Assembly (NCBI RefSeq): GCF_963921235.1
Contig: NC_086097.1
Location: 136,650,001 to 136,714,000, forward strand
Direction: 5' to 3'
Source: Mobula hypostoma
Lineage: Eukaryota
Length of the DNA stretch: 64,000 nt
Numbering within the stretch: position 1 is the stretch's first letter; every line of letters begins with the position of its first letter. This document shows positions 37,336 through 50,460 of the stretch, piece by piece. The notes beneath the pieces were generated by a model. That model saw only the letters and a program-made list of their open reading frames with translations. It was not told the origin of the DNA and ran no database searches. A program made the translations under genes and the position numbers.

Positions 37336-38890
37336 TCAAAACATAAGAAATAGGAGCAGGAATAGGCCAGCTGGCCTGTCAAGCCTGCTCCACCATTCAA
37401 TAAGATCATGGCTGATCTGATCATGGACTCAACTCCACCTACCTGCCTTTTCCCCATAACCCTTAATTCCCCTACAAGTGCAAAAATCTATTCAACCTTG
37501 TCTTAAATTTATTTACTGAGGTAGCCTCTACTGCTTCATTGGGCAGAGAATTCCAGATTCACCACTCTTTGGGAAAAGCAGTTCCTCATCTCTGTCCTAA
37601 ATTTACTCCCCAAAATCTTGAGGCTATTATCCTAGTTCTAGTCTCACCTAGAAGTGGAAACAACTTTCTCGCTTCTATCTTATTAGATTAGATTATGGAG
37701 ACACGTAGTCCTTTTTTATTGTCATTTAGTATTGCATGCATTAAAAAATGATACAATATTTCCTCTGGTGCGATATCACAAAACACAGGACAGACCAAGA
37801 CCGAAAAAGCTGACAAAACCACGTAATTATAACATATAGTTACAACAGTGCAACAATACCATAACGATGAAGAAGTCCATGAGCACAGTAAAAGTTCAAA
37901 GTCTCTCAAATGTCCCACATCTCACGTAGACGGGAGAAGGAAGAAAAACTCTCCCTGCCATGCCGACCACAGTCTGACTCCGAGTCATCCGAAAACTTCG
38001 AGCTCTGATCAGCTCTCCGACACTGAGTACTGAGTGCCATCTCTGTCCGAACGATTCGACCTCAACCTCGGTCGCCAACAGCAGGCAAAGGCGGGGATTT
38101 TGAGGCCTACCCTCCGAAAGATTCCCGACCACACAGTAACGACAGCAGCGAACTATTGTTTCAGAAATTTCTCCAGATGTTCCTCTGTGCTTTCACGTCC
38201 ATTCTCCATCAAATCAGAATTGTCCACAGCCCCTATTTAACAGATATGATGTCATTTTTCACCGGAGGGCTGCGCACGCACAGGCGCGCTGCTCTCTCTC
38301 CTCCCACCTTCTTTCCCTTTCATGATTTTATGTGTTCTATATGATCTCCTCTCATCCTTCTGAATTCCAGTGAGTACAGTCCCAGGTGACTGAATCTCTC
38401 CTCATAGTCTAACCTCCTCTTCTCTGGAATCAACTTGGTGAACCTCCTCTGCACCGCCTCCAAAACCAGTATATCTTTCAAATAAGGAGACCAGAACTGC
38501 ACGTGGTATTCCAGATGCAGCCTCACCAGTATCCTGTAAAGTTGCAGCATAACCGCCCTGGTCTTAAATTCAATCCTTCTAGCAATGAAGGCCAACACTC
38601 CATTTGCCCTCTTGATAGCCTGTTGCACTGCAAACCAACCTTTTGCAATTCATGCACAAGCACTCCCAAGTTCTTCTGTACGGCAGTCTTTTATCATTTA
38701 AATAATGACCTGATCTTCTATTTTCCCTTCCAAAGTGGATGACCTTGTATTTACCAGCATTGTACTCCATCTGCCAGTTCCTTGCTCACTCACTTAACCT
38801 ATCTCTCTCTCTCTGCAGACCCTCCATATCCTCTGCACGACTTGCTTCCCCACTCAATTTAGTGTCATCAGCAAACACAGATACACCATG
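37336..38890 (-). mobile_element. CR1 3' fragment, interrupted at 37684-38305
   Basis: VFADDTKL, LEYHVQFWSP and LYSLEFRRMRGD on -; 3'UTR and tail near 37336. Confidence 0.85.
37684..38305 (-). mobile_element. CpG-rich non-coding retroposon with (TCTAA)n tail
   Basis: Splits the CR1; AATAAA then aatctaatctaa tail on -; no credible ORF. Confidence 0.65.
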
Positions 38891-40042
38891 CTTGGTTCCG
38901 TTCAGACTGTCCCCACTTCCAGACCTGAAGCCTGGAGCAGCCAAAGCAGGCCACAGCCTCAACCTCAGTTCAGCGCAGAACCAAGTAAACGTTGTGCAGC
39001 AGCTAGCAGAACAGGACTGACTGCCGCCTCTTGTCCTGATATCCTGCCTTTTCAATCCATCTGGCTCGGTGTTTAAATCATCCAAACATCAGGTCGTTAT
39101 TCACACTAGAACCTGGGACCTGTTGCATTGATACACACTGGTCTGGAACCTGCTGCCACATTTTGGCTTGTACCTGACCTTTCCAAATCAGCCAGCTGCT
39201 TAGATCAATCAAACATTGCTATAGGTTTAGCTAGACAGGCCTCGAATCTGCCTCCCTTCCACTGAACTCACCCGACTTTGCCTCAACATTGTCCTGACTT
39301 TATCTTGAACATGCCTCAACCTCACCTCACACCCATATGCTTCAATCCTCATCTTCCCTAACCCCTCCATTATTTGTGGTGATGGTTTACCATAAATTTT
39401 TACAAGAATAAGTGTTATTAATAAAGTGTTTAGTTGGATTCTTTGTTTTGTTTGCCACCAATAAGTAGTTGTTGGGCTTCACGAGTGCCATCTTAACAGT
39501 GGAAATATAGTAACAGATACAAAGTATGAATGGAACTAAATGCATGTTTCTCCAATGCTCAGTTAGCACAGATGATGACTTTACCATTTTATGTTCAGTT
39601 TGTGGGGAGGATTTTCTTTATTTCATTTCGATTTAAGACAGTCAAGAGCATTGATGACACAGTATACTGAGTGCCATTTCATCTAATGGGATGAAAGTTG
39701 TAAGGACACGAAAGTGAAAAGGGCATAGACAGGCAATAAGAAGTTAACAAAAAGCAAGTCCACTAATCTCGTACTCTCGTAATCACACTTAACACAGGTC
39801 ATCATAGTCAAAGAGCATTACAGCATGGATGCAGGCTTGTCGGCTCAACCAGTACACGCTGACCGTCTAGCCGGTACCATTTCCTGCATTCAGCTTAGAT
39901 GGAGCTCATTCCATATACTCACCATCTTCTGCATGAAGAAGTCGCTCTCAAGTCCCTTTTAAATCTTTCCTTACCTACATTGAACCTAAACAATCTAATT
40001 TTAGACTTTCCTAATCAGGGAAAAGACTGTTACTCTGTCTTT

Positions 40043-40296
40043 TGTGTATTTAATATTTCAGTAATACTTGAGTAATACTGTAAATATATTGTTTGATTAA
40101 GCATTCTTTGTTTGTTTAAATAATTCATTACGGGTTATATGTAAAAGTATGTGAATGGCAAACGTCATTACACCACCATGTCATATGTGCACACTTAACT
40201 AAACGTAAAACATACAGCGTGCATATTATTCGCAGTTCCATGTTTTTCTTTCAATTAGTTTTATGTTTTGGAGCTATAAATAACAGTGGCGATGAG
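40043..40296 (+). mobile_element. Gypsy-like 5' LTR plus primer-binding site
   Basis: tg...aataaca followed by g-TGGCGATGAG (40287-40296), a typical PBS; no gag/pol follows. Confidence 0.55.
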
Positions 40297-41011
40297 TAAG
40301 TTTTAAAAAACAAACCAAAGACAATTACTCACAACAGGATGACTAAAACTACACAGTACTCCAAGTGCGACCTCAGCAATGACTTATACAACTGCAACAT
40401 TATGATAGCTGGTGAGGAAAATATAAAGAATAGTGGTGCATTTTGAACATTTCTGAACTGATGGGTTGTTATTTACACTGGTGGGTTAAAGTAGAAAGAA
40501 CTTAATACTGCAGTTGCTGAAGGGAATGCAGGAAATGGACTAAGCACAGAAGAAATGGAAAATCTATTTAAATTTTAACACTTTGAAAGAAAATCATTCA
40601 ATTCTTTGTCAAAAAGAACTCCTGGGAAGTTTTCATGGACTCACTTATTTAACTCTTATTTATTGCAATGTTCTTAAAAATTTAAGCCTGGAACTAAATC
40701 TCTGAAACAAAGCAAGCTTTTTGTTCTTTAATTGGTTAATATATGACTAGCCAATTTCAAGTGTAGACTTAAAATTCAGAATGCTTAGCTAGAAAATGGA
40801 GTAATGAGAGAACAGAGCACTTACCAGTTGTCACTTACCTTTATGTATGCTTGCTTTTGCTCTGACTCCTCCAACACTTTCCTCTTGGGTATGTTTCATA
40901 AATGATCTGGAACTCATCAGCAACACCTCTGTATCATGTTACATGGAAACTCTCCCAACCATCATTTCTTCACCTGTCATTCAGTTCAGTGGTTTCTTAA
41001 GATTGTTATAG

Positions 41012-41575
41012 CAGGGTGGTAATGGGTTCCACTACCTATTAAATGCTCCCAGTGGTGTGCCCCAAATAGCCTCTGACAACCAAAACTAGCTCCTGACCTT
41101 CACATGTGACTTAGCTATTAAGCCCAGTGGAACCATTTCTACTGACATGAGAATGGGCAAAGGCGGGTTACTGGCACCTTAAAACTAGTAGCTTTGAGCA
41201 GATGGGGCTCATCAGCTGTAGTTGGCAGGTCATCTAACAGAAGGAAAACTCTGATCTCAAACTTCCACTGCCTTACAGCTATACCCACTCATGGGGAAGG
41301 CTTCGGGAGTAAACCCCAAGGGAAAAATCAGGAGCTGGAGTCCCCAAGGCAGTCCTACATTGAGCTTAATGCTGACTGGCAACTCCTGCAACACTGCTGG
41401 TACCAAACTGTATCAGTCTCAGCCGTTCTTTTGGGTTCATCAGATGTGTGGAGACTGGGAGCTCACTACAGGGCAACAGCTTGCTTCCATATTGTACTGC
41501 CGAGCGATGTGTATCTAGACAGCTAAGACATAATATCTATGGTCGACCCTGACTGACGGAGGCCTCACTCACTCA
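41012..41575 (+). repeat. Dispersed non-coding repeat of about 570 bp, copy 2
   Basis: Co-linear with 35870-36445; ends cctcactcactcaatca. Confidence 0.7.
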
Positions 41576-41624
41576 ATCACTTCAAGGATCCTTACTCATA
41601 AATCTTTACACAGCCTTAATCCTA

Positions 41625-42050
41625 CAACAAACACAAAATGCTGGAAGAACTCAGCAGGTCAGGCAGCATCTATGAAAATGAATAAACAGTCGACGTTTTG
41701 GCCTGAGACTGTTCGCCAGGACCGAAAAGGAAGAATAAAAAGCTGCAGGTAGGAGGAGGAGGAGCAACTGGAAGGTGGTAAGTGAAGCCAGGTGGGTGGA
41801 CCATGGGAGAAAGGAAAGAAGGAAGGGCACCGGGGAGGTGATAGGCAAGTGAGAAGAAGTAAGAGGCCAGAGTGGGGAACAGAAGATGTAAGGGGGAGGA
41901 TAAAAGGAAAAATGAAAAAAAAATTACCGGCAGGAGAAATTGTTGTTCATGCCATCAGGTTAGAGGTTACCTAGATAGTATATGAGGTGTTGCTCCTCCA
42001 CCCTGAGAGTGGCCTCATTGTGGTAAAAGAGGAGGCCATGGGTCAACATG
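41625..42050 (-). mobile_element. Penelope 3' end with degenerate hammerhead motif
   Basis: NEATLRVEEQHLI; motif ctggcga...aaaacgtcgactg on - at about 41687-41723. Confidence 0.75.
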
Positions 42051-43696
42051 GGAGTGATCCCTACGGAAAGTGGAAGGGGGGGGAAGTAAAGTTGGATGCG
42101 GAGGCTCATTAACCCTACAAAATCCCCAGGATGACATATTACCTGCTCTTTCATGGGGGCTCGAAGTCTTTTTTTTGTCATCTTAGATCTCCTTTACAAA
42201 ATACTTAGCATAAATCTGGCCTAATTAACAATTTTCCCACATCTTCAGTTGAAATCCATCCTTAACTAATACAAGCTCTGCTCAGTGTACAAATTCCTGC
42301 TCAGATAATGCTTCACAATGTAAACAATTCTACACCCGTATGTTTTCAGTTTTACTCAGCAAAAAGCTGGAGATCTTATTTTCTAATTCACATGTCAAGT
42401 ACTCTGGTAAATATAGTAGCCACCAAACTAATAGTGCTCAGTTTTCCTTAGACTTTTATTTTTATTCATTCCGAAGATGAGGTGTTTGTGGGAAAAGCCA
42501 GCACTTAAAGTCTAATGCTAATTGCCTCTGGAACCATATGATTTACCTAGACATGGAGCTAGGTATTTTTAAGTTTGCTGCTTATAAGACAAGGTTAGCA
42601 AGTTTCTGTGCTTGAATGACATTCTAGGCTTTTATGGCATTCTGCTAGGTTCAAAAACATTATTTCCGAGATTAAATCAATGTGGGAGAGAAAAACAAAT
42701 CACTTGAATATGAAAATTCTCAGTTTCCATGCCAGGATTCACTTTTCCCAATAAATAGCCCAGGGTTTGTACACTAGTCCAATTGTGTAATCACACTGCC
42801 TTCATAGCTCGATTTAAATTGGTGTATTATTGTCACATCCTGCAGTCTGTTACTGTATTGCCTTGTATTGCCTCAATGCACTGACCTGCACAGATGGGAT
42901 AAGGCACAACCATTCTATTCAGGCACACAGTGGTAACCTTCAAGTTTACTCCCAATGCAAGGTATAGTCAGAATAAAACCCAGCACATTCCAGTGATCAA
43001 AATCCAATATGGAAGATTAGTAGCAAAAACTACAGGCGATAGAGAGAAATCTATGTTACTGATCAATTAAATAGTATTGCTGCTTTGGGACACAAATTAA
43101 ATTACAAGTTCTTTGTTTCTTTAGAGAACATGGGACTAAATAATATATTACCAATTTCTCAATTAACATGTCAACAAAAAAGGACAAAATAATTACTGGT
43201 TTTACTGACAAAATGAACTAACATTTTAAAGTATACAAGGATTGAGCACATAATCCACAAGTGATACTTCCATTGATATAATGTGTACCATGACAAAAGC
43301 ATTATGTTAAGTTTTAACTATAAACAAGATCACTGCATCATTTTACAAAGCATTAGTACTTTTCTCAGTAAACTAAGTTCAGAAATAACTTCCATAAACC
43401 TTTTCTAGTAAAAACATGCCGATCTGTAAACACAAATTTATAAATTAAGCTTTTAATTCAGTTTTCAGTAGGGTTTTGGTGGAAATTAGAAAAGCTTTAA
43501 AACTACTAAGACTGAAAACTCAGCTGTGTAAAACTTATGTATCATCTACTCTCAGTAACACAACCCAAAGGCACTAGGTGTCAAGAAGCAATCTGAAGAT
43601 GATACTGGCAACAAGCTATTCCTTTTCTTTCCCATTTTCATGAAATGAAAAACATGCTTTGTTTCCTAGGTTTAATGATATAATAGCTGATTGCAT

Positions 43697-43736
43697 CTAA
43701 ACAAACACTGAATAAAAGATGATCATAAACTTTATT
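43697..43736 (-). terminator. Likely MTBP polyadenylation site
   Basis: AATAAA on - at 43731-43736, followed about 20 nt later by GU-rich cagtgtttgtttag; lies in a TE-free AT-rich block downstream of the stop. Other minus-strand AATAAA at 43830 and 44154. Confidence 0.55.
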
Positions 43737-44845
43737 CCTTTGTATGTTCATTTGCTACATTACAGGAGTATAACCAACAATAGGAAAATCACTATGTACA
43801 AGTTCATTTTGAGTAGTTACACCCAGAGCTTTATTTGCAGCAAACATGCTCAGCTTTACAACATATCCAATTCAATAATTAAAAGCAGACATTGTAACAC
43901 ATGTTCTATTGAATCAATCAGAACCCATTGATCAAAAGCTGAACAAGTCAAATGGCATAAATAAAAATAAGAGCATCCACCGAATCTTTAAGATAAACAG
44001 TTAGCAGAGGTCGACAATTGCCAAGTCAACTACAGGCTAACTACCAGGAATGATCTGCACTAATGGAGCAAACGTACAGTTGTAGGTTTAACTGATTGTA
44101 TTTAGCACCATAACAAATCATGCGAAAATCATAAGACAAGCTATTCCCAACTATTTATTGATGGAATTTTTGAAAAACATATTACTACATTAAAGCATTA
44201 TAAATGTGACTGCCCCCTATGTTTACTCTGCCTTATATGGGACTAAGTTTTTGAGGAGAGCTGTCTGTGGAATCCTGAGGTCTTGGCAAGAACATAATCA
44301 TTGCACAAACTTAAGTTTCATAAACTTTTCTAACTCAAAAAGGAAGTGATTATGGTTTTCTCCATTTTGTCATTTAAACTTCCATAAGTTCAAAGGCTCT
44401 GCTTTTTTCACCCAGATCATTTAATCATGTCCTAAACAGTTCTAAATACATGGATTTTTCAGCACACTTGCCATATGTAGTTACCTAAACCGGAAAGATG
44501 GATGTGGTTTTGACATCAATAAAATAAATCATGAAAAGAAAATATTATGAATTTTTAAATAGCCAACTCTGTAAAAACTGGATTCAAAGCTCCACTTTAT
44601 AAAAAAAAATTAAAATTTAAAACAAAAACACAGAATACAAAAATAGTATTTAATTCTCTATAATTATACCATCATCTAATTATCTTATTTCTCAGAATAA
44701 ACAGATACCAGGTGTGCAGCACACCTCCACATCACTTCCTTTGACAGACTCATGTTACTTTCAAGTGCTAAATGTCCAGATAAAGGGTGTCAGATTTAGA
44801 ATCAAGCTTCATTGGGGTTTCTTGTTTTTGCACAAACACGGGATT

Positions 44846-44884
44846 TCATTTCTTGTCAGCTTTTTCCAACACCCAGTCGATCAC
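44846..44884 (-). CDS. MTBP: MTBP terminal coding exon
   Basis: On -: tttttcctttag|GTG ATC GAC TGG GTG TTG GAA AAA GCT GAC AAG AAA TGA = VIDWVLEKADKK*, cf. MTBP C-terminal VIDWVLEK. Confidence 0.94.
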   Translation of the reverse strand: MIDWVLEKADKK

Positions 44885-45189
44885 CTAAAGGAAAAACACC
44901 AAGCACACTTGTTGTATAAGATTTGTTGCTTTCACCTGTATTATGCTGCTTTTCCAGTGCAGTCATCACAATACCCTTTAAAGAGCTTGTAAAAAAAACA
45001 AACACTGGAGCAAAGCAATGATTCGTTGTGAGAGTTTGCGAATAAAAGATAGGCTTGAGAATGTTTTGAAAGCTAGCAATACATGAAACAGTGGAGAGAG
45101 AGAGTCGGAGAGGGAGTGGCAGAAAAGGGTCTCTCACTGATGATGCAGGAGCCAGGGCAGTGGCTGTAGAATGCAGAAGTCCAAGAAAG

Positions 45190-45530
45190 GAAGCATGCAG
45201 CTGGCAGAGTACCTGCTTTGCATCTCCAGCAAAGCAGGTTCAGTCCTCATCTCTGGTGCTGTGTGGAGTTTACATGTTCTCCTTTTGGCTTTGTGCCATT
45301 CCTCTAGGAGCTCTGGCTTCTGCTCACACCCCAGAGGTATGAAGGGTGGTAGGTTGTTTGGCCCCTAGAGTGTAGAAGTGTGGTAGAATCTGGGAGTGGT
45401 TGATTGGAACAAGAAGAGAATAAAATGGCATCAATATAGGGCCAAGTGTAAATGGATGGTCAATTGTCAATGCAGCATTTGTGGGCTGAAGTGCCTGTTT
45501 CCATGTCGTATCTCTCCATGAACTCCATAA
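45190..45530 (+). mobile_element. SINE with V-domain-like core and CR1-like tail
   Basis: gctgtgtggagtttacatgttctcc core; gggctgaagtgcctgtttccatg tail. Confidence 0.55.
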
Positions 45531-45999
45531 AAGTTAGGTGGAGATAGGGTGGAGCAAATCCATGGAATCAGTTGGGCGAGAGCAAAGCACCAGTGTAATA
45601 GTGGGATAAATGCAACATGAGACTTATTAAGAATAATGGATATAGGAGCACATCCAGCCATTCAGCCCATCAAGTCTACTGTTCTGTTCGAGGAGATAAT
45701 AACTAATCTGATCTTCAACTTCGTGCTAGTTGGCCATATTCCCAACTTCCCTACAGACCAAAAATGTAGCTATCTCAGTTTTGCAATGTCTCCACCTCCC
45801 TTAGTAAGAGAATTCCAAGCATTCACCATCCTCCAAGTACACAAAGTCCTCCACATCTCAATTTCAAATGGACAGCTCTATAATCTATAACCTTGGCCCC
45901 CAGTTCTTGATTCCACTTCAAGGGAAAGCTTCCTCTCTGCATTGACCAATTAATCTTGAAGCATGTCAACATTATGAAGTGGTGTTGCTGGTTATGAAG

Positions 46000-46965
46000 A
46001 TCTTAAAGGTGTATCCTAGGACGCTGTGGGAAGCAATGGGAAAGGTTGCCAGCTGTCACAGAGCTTTTTGTATTTCACTAGCCAACAGTAATGTAATGGA
46101 TAACTGGAGGATAGCAATGGTAGGAAAATTATTGGAGGGGATTCTGAGGGATAAGATTTATTTCAGAATCAGGTTTATTATCAACGGCATGTGTCGTGAA
46201 ACTTGCAATAATTTATATTTGTGTTTGGAAAGACAGTAAATGATTAGGGAAAATCAGCATGTTTTGTCTGTGAGAATCATGTCTCACAAATTTGATTGGA
46301 CAGCGGACTATGTCTACATGAGCTTATTTAGCATGGGATCCAGTGTGAGATAGCACAACAGATATAACATTGCATTGGTGGTAGGAAGGAATTACAAAGT
46401 GGTAATGGAGGACTGTTTTTCACAATGGAGACCTGTAAACATAGGGGCGCAGCAGGGGCAGCGGAGATTGATACTGAGACTTTTTATGTTCTTACTGAGA
46501 TTATTTGGAAAAGAATGTATATGGCACAATTACTAAATTTGCAAACAGCACCAAAATTGGACAGTGAAGAAGGACGTCAAATGGAATAGTGGAGGGAAGT
46601 TAACTCAGACTCGTGTGAAGTGATACATTTCACGAGGTTAAACCAGGCCAGGATATACATAGTGAATTGCAGGGCCATGGGACGTGTTAGTGAACAGAGA
46701 CCTTGGGGTACAAGTACTTTGTTCCCTAAAAGTGCCGACACAGGTAGAAGGAATGGTGAAGAACACAGTTGGTATCTTTGCTTTCATCCATGAGTATAGT
46801 TGGGACATCATGCAACAGTTGTACAAAATTGTAAGTTAGGCCTTGATTGGAGTATTGTGTGCCATTCTGTTCTCATGCTATTGGAAAGATAAAGCTAGAG
46901 AGGGTGCAAAAAGGATACACTGGAACGCTGTCTGGACTGGAGGGCTTGAGTTTAAGATGAGATTG
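46000..46965 (+). mobile_element. Heavily decayed CR1
   Basis: VYPRTLWEA, VGKLLEGILRDKIY, ttggagtattgtgtg; appears to resume at about 50400-50460. Confidence 0.65.
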
Positions 46966-46967
46966 GA

Positions 46968-49900
46968 CATAGAACAAAGAACATAGAATAGTACAGCACA
47001 GTACAGGCCTTTCGGCCCACAATGTTTAGCCGATCCTTAAACCCTGCCTCCCATATAATCCCCCCACCTTAAATTCCTCCATATACCTGTCTAGTAGTCT
47101 CTTAAATTTCACTAGTGTATCTGCCTCCACCACTGACTCAGGCAGTGCATTCCACGCACCATCCACTCTCTGAGTAAAAAACCTTCCTCTAATATCCCCC
47201 TTGATCTTCCCACCCCCTTAGCTTAAAGCCATGTCCTCTTGTATTGAGCAGCGGTGCCCTGGGGAAGAGGTGTTGGCTGTCCACTCTATCTACTCCTCTC
47301 AATATCTTGTATACCTCTATCATGTCTCCTCTCATCCTCCTTCTCTCCAAACAGTAAAGCCTGAGCTCCCTTAATCTCTGATCATAATGCACACTCTCTA
47401 AACCAGGCAGCATCCTGGTAAATCTCCTCTGTACCCTTTCCAATGCTTCCACATCCTTCCTATAGTGAGGCGACCAGAACTGAACACAGTACTCTAAGTG
47501 TGGCCTAACCAGAGTTTTATAGAGCTGCATCATTGCCTCGCGACTCTTAAACTCTATCCCTCAACTTATGAAAACTAACATCCCATCAGCTATCTTAACT
47601 ACCCTATCTACATGTGAGGCAACTTTCAGGGATCCGTGGACACGTGCCCCCAGATCCCTCTGCTCCTCCACACTACCAAGCATCCTGCCATTTACTTTGT
47701 ACTCTGCCTTGGAGTTTGTCCTTCCAAAGTGTACCACCTCACACTTCTCCGGGTTGAACTCCATCTGCCACTTCTCAGCTCACTTCTGCATCCTATCAAT
47801 GTTTCTCTGCAATCTTCGACAATCCTCTACACTATCCACAACACCATCAACCTTTGTGTTGCCTGCAAACTTGTCAACCCACCCTTCTACCCCCACATCC
47901 AGGTCGTTAATAAAACTCATGAAAAGTAGAGGTCCCAGAACAGATCCTTGTGGGACACCACTAGTCACGATCCTCCAATCTGAATGTACTCCCTCCACCA
48001 CCACCCTCTACTTTCTGCAGGCAAGCCAATTCTGAATCCACCTGGCCAAACTTCCCTGGATCCCATGCCTTCTGACTTTCTGAATTAGCCTACTGTGTGG
48101 AACCTTGTCAAATGCCTTACTAAAATCCATGCAGATCATATCCACTGCACTACTCTCATCTATATACCTGGTCACCTCCTCAAAGAACTCTATCAGGCTT
48201 GTTAGACACGATCTGCCCTTCACAAAGCCATGCTGACTGTCCCTGATCAGACCATGATTCTCTAAATGCCCATAGATCCTATCTCTAAGAATCTTTTCCA
48301 ACAGCTTTCCCACCACCGACATAAGGCTCACTGGTCTATAATTACCCGGACTATCCCTACTACCTTTCTTTGAACAAGGGGACATCATTTGCCTCCCTCC
48401 AATCCTCTGGTACCATTCCCGTGGACAATGACGACATAAAGATCCTAGCCAGAGGCTCAAAAATCTCTTCCCTTGCCTCATGGAGCAGCCTCGGGAATAT
48501 TCCGTCAAGCCCTAGGGACTTATCCGTCCTAATGTATTTTAACAACTCCAACACCTCCTCTCCCTTAATATCAACATGCTCCAGAACATTAACCTCACTC
48601 ATATTGTCCTCACCGTCATCATGTTCCCTCTCATTGGTGAGTACCGAACAGAAGTATTCATTGAGGACCTCGCTCACTTCCACAGCCTCCAGGCACATCT
48701 TCCCATCTTTATCTCTAGTCGGTCCTACCTTCACTCCTGTCATCCTTTTGTTTCTTACATAATTGAAGAATGCCTTGGGGTTTTCCTTTACCTTACTCGC
48801 CAAGGCCTTCTCATGCCCCCTTCTTGCTCTCCTCAGCCCCTTCTTAAGCTCCTTTCTTGCTACCCTATATTCCTCAATAGACCCATCTGATCCTTGCTTC
48901 CTAAACCTCATGTATGCTGCCTTCTTCCACCTGACTAGATTTTCCACCTCACTTGTCACCCATGGTTCCTTCACCCTACCATTCTTTATCTTCCCCACCG
49001 GGACAAATTTATCCCTAACATCCTGCAAGAGATCCCTAAACATCGACCACATATCGATAGTACATTTCCCTGCAAAAACATCATCCCAATTCACATCCAC
49101 AAGTTCTAGCCTTATAGCCTCATAATTTGCCCTTCCCCAATTAAAAATTTTCCTGTCCTCTCTGATTCTATCCTTTTCCATGATAATGCTAAAGGTCAGG
49201 GAGCGGTGGTCACTGTCCCCCAGATGCTTACCCACTGAGAGATTTGAGACCTGACCCGGTTCATTACCTAGTACTAGATCTAGTATGGCATTTACCCTAA
49301 TTGGCCTGTCAACATACTGTGACAGGAATCCGTCCTGGACACACTTAACAAACTCTGCCCCGTCTGGACCATTGGAACTAATCAGATCCCAATCAATATT
49401 AGGGAAGTTAAAGGCACCCATGATAACAATCCTGTTATTTTTGCACCTTTCCAAAATCTGACTCCCAATCTGCTCCTCGGTGTCTCTGCTGCTACCAGGG
49501 GGCCTATAGAATACCCCCAATAGAGCAACTGCTCCCTTCCTGTTCCTGACTTCCACCCATACTGACTCAAAAGAGGATCATGCTACATTACCCACCCTTT
49601 CTATAGCTGTAATAGTATCCCTGACCAGTAATACCACCCCTCCTCCCCTTTTTCCGCCCTCCCTATCCCTTTTAAAGCACTGAAATCCAAGAATATTGAG
49701 AATCCATTCCTGCCCTGGTGCCAGCCAAGTCTCTGTAATGGCCACTACATCATAATTCCATGTATGTATCCAAGCTCTCAGTTCATCACCTTTGTTCTTG
49801 ATGCTTCTTGCATTGAGGTACACACATTTCAGCCCTTCTACCTTACTGTCTTTACACCGTTTATTTTGCTTCTCTTTCCTCAAAGCCTCTCTATATGTTA

Positions 49901-50400
49901 GATCTGGCTTTACTCCATGCACTTCTTTCACTGCTCTATCGCTCTGGGTTCCATCCCCCTTGCAAATTAGTTTAAACCCTCCCGAACCACGCTAGCAAAC
50001 CTACCTGCAAGGATATTGCTCCCCCTTGAGTTCAGGTGCAACCCATCCAATCTGTACAGGTCCCACCTTCCCCAGAAGAGATCCCAATGATCTAAAAATC
50101 TAAAACCCTGCTCCCTGCACCAACTCCTCAGCCACGCATTCAACTGCCATCTCCTCCAATTCTTACCATCACTGTCACGTAGCACTGGCAGCAATCCTGA
50201 GAACGCCACCCTTGAGGTCCTGTTCTTCAGCCTTTTGCCTAGTTCCTGAAACTCATACTTCAGGACCTCATCTCTCTTCCTGCCTATGTCGTTGGTATCA
50301 ATATGTATCACAACTTCTGGTTGCTTTCCCTCTCGTACTAGGATGTCGTACACCCGGTCACAGACACCTCGGACCCTGGCACCTGGGAGGCAATAAACCA
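46968..50400 (-). mobile_element. Long CR1 LINE: ORF1 SGNH-esterase C-terminus plus frameshifted ORF2
   Basis: ORF 49967-50353 (IHIDTNDIG, DGLHLN); ORF2 pieces YLNARS, VFYRPP, SDH, DFSKAFD, SGVPQG; acatagaac tail. Confidence 0.92.
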
Positions 50401-50460
50401 GAAGGATATGATGGGACTTTTACCCCGCAGTAATGAAGGCTGAAGGGTGACATTATAGAG

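Noticed and set aside
35870..41575. Paired LTRs of one retrotransposon
   Set aside because: No TG..CA ends, PBS/PPT or gag/pol between them, and the copies are substantially diverged.
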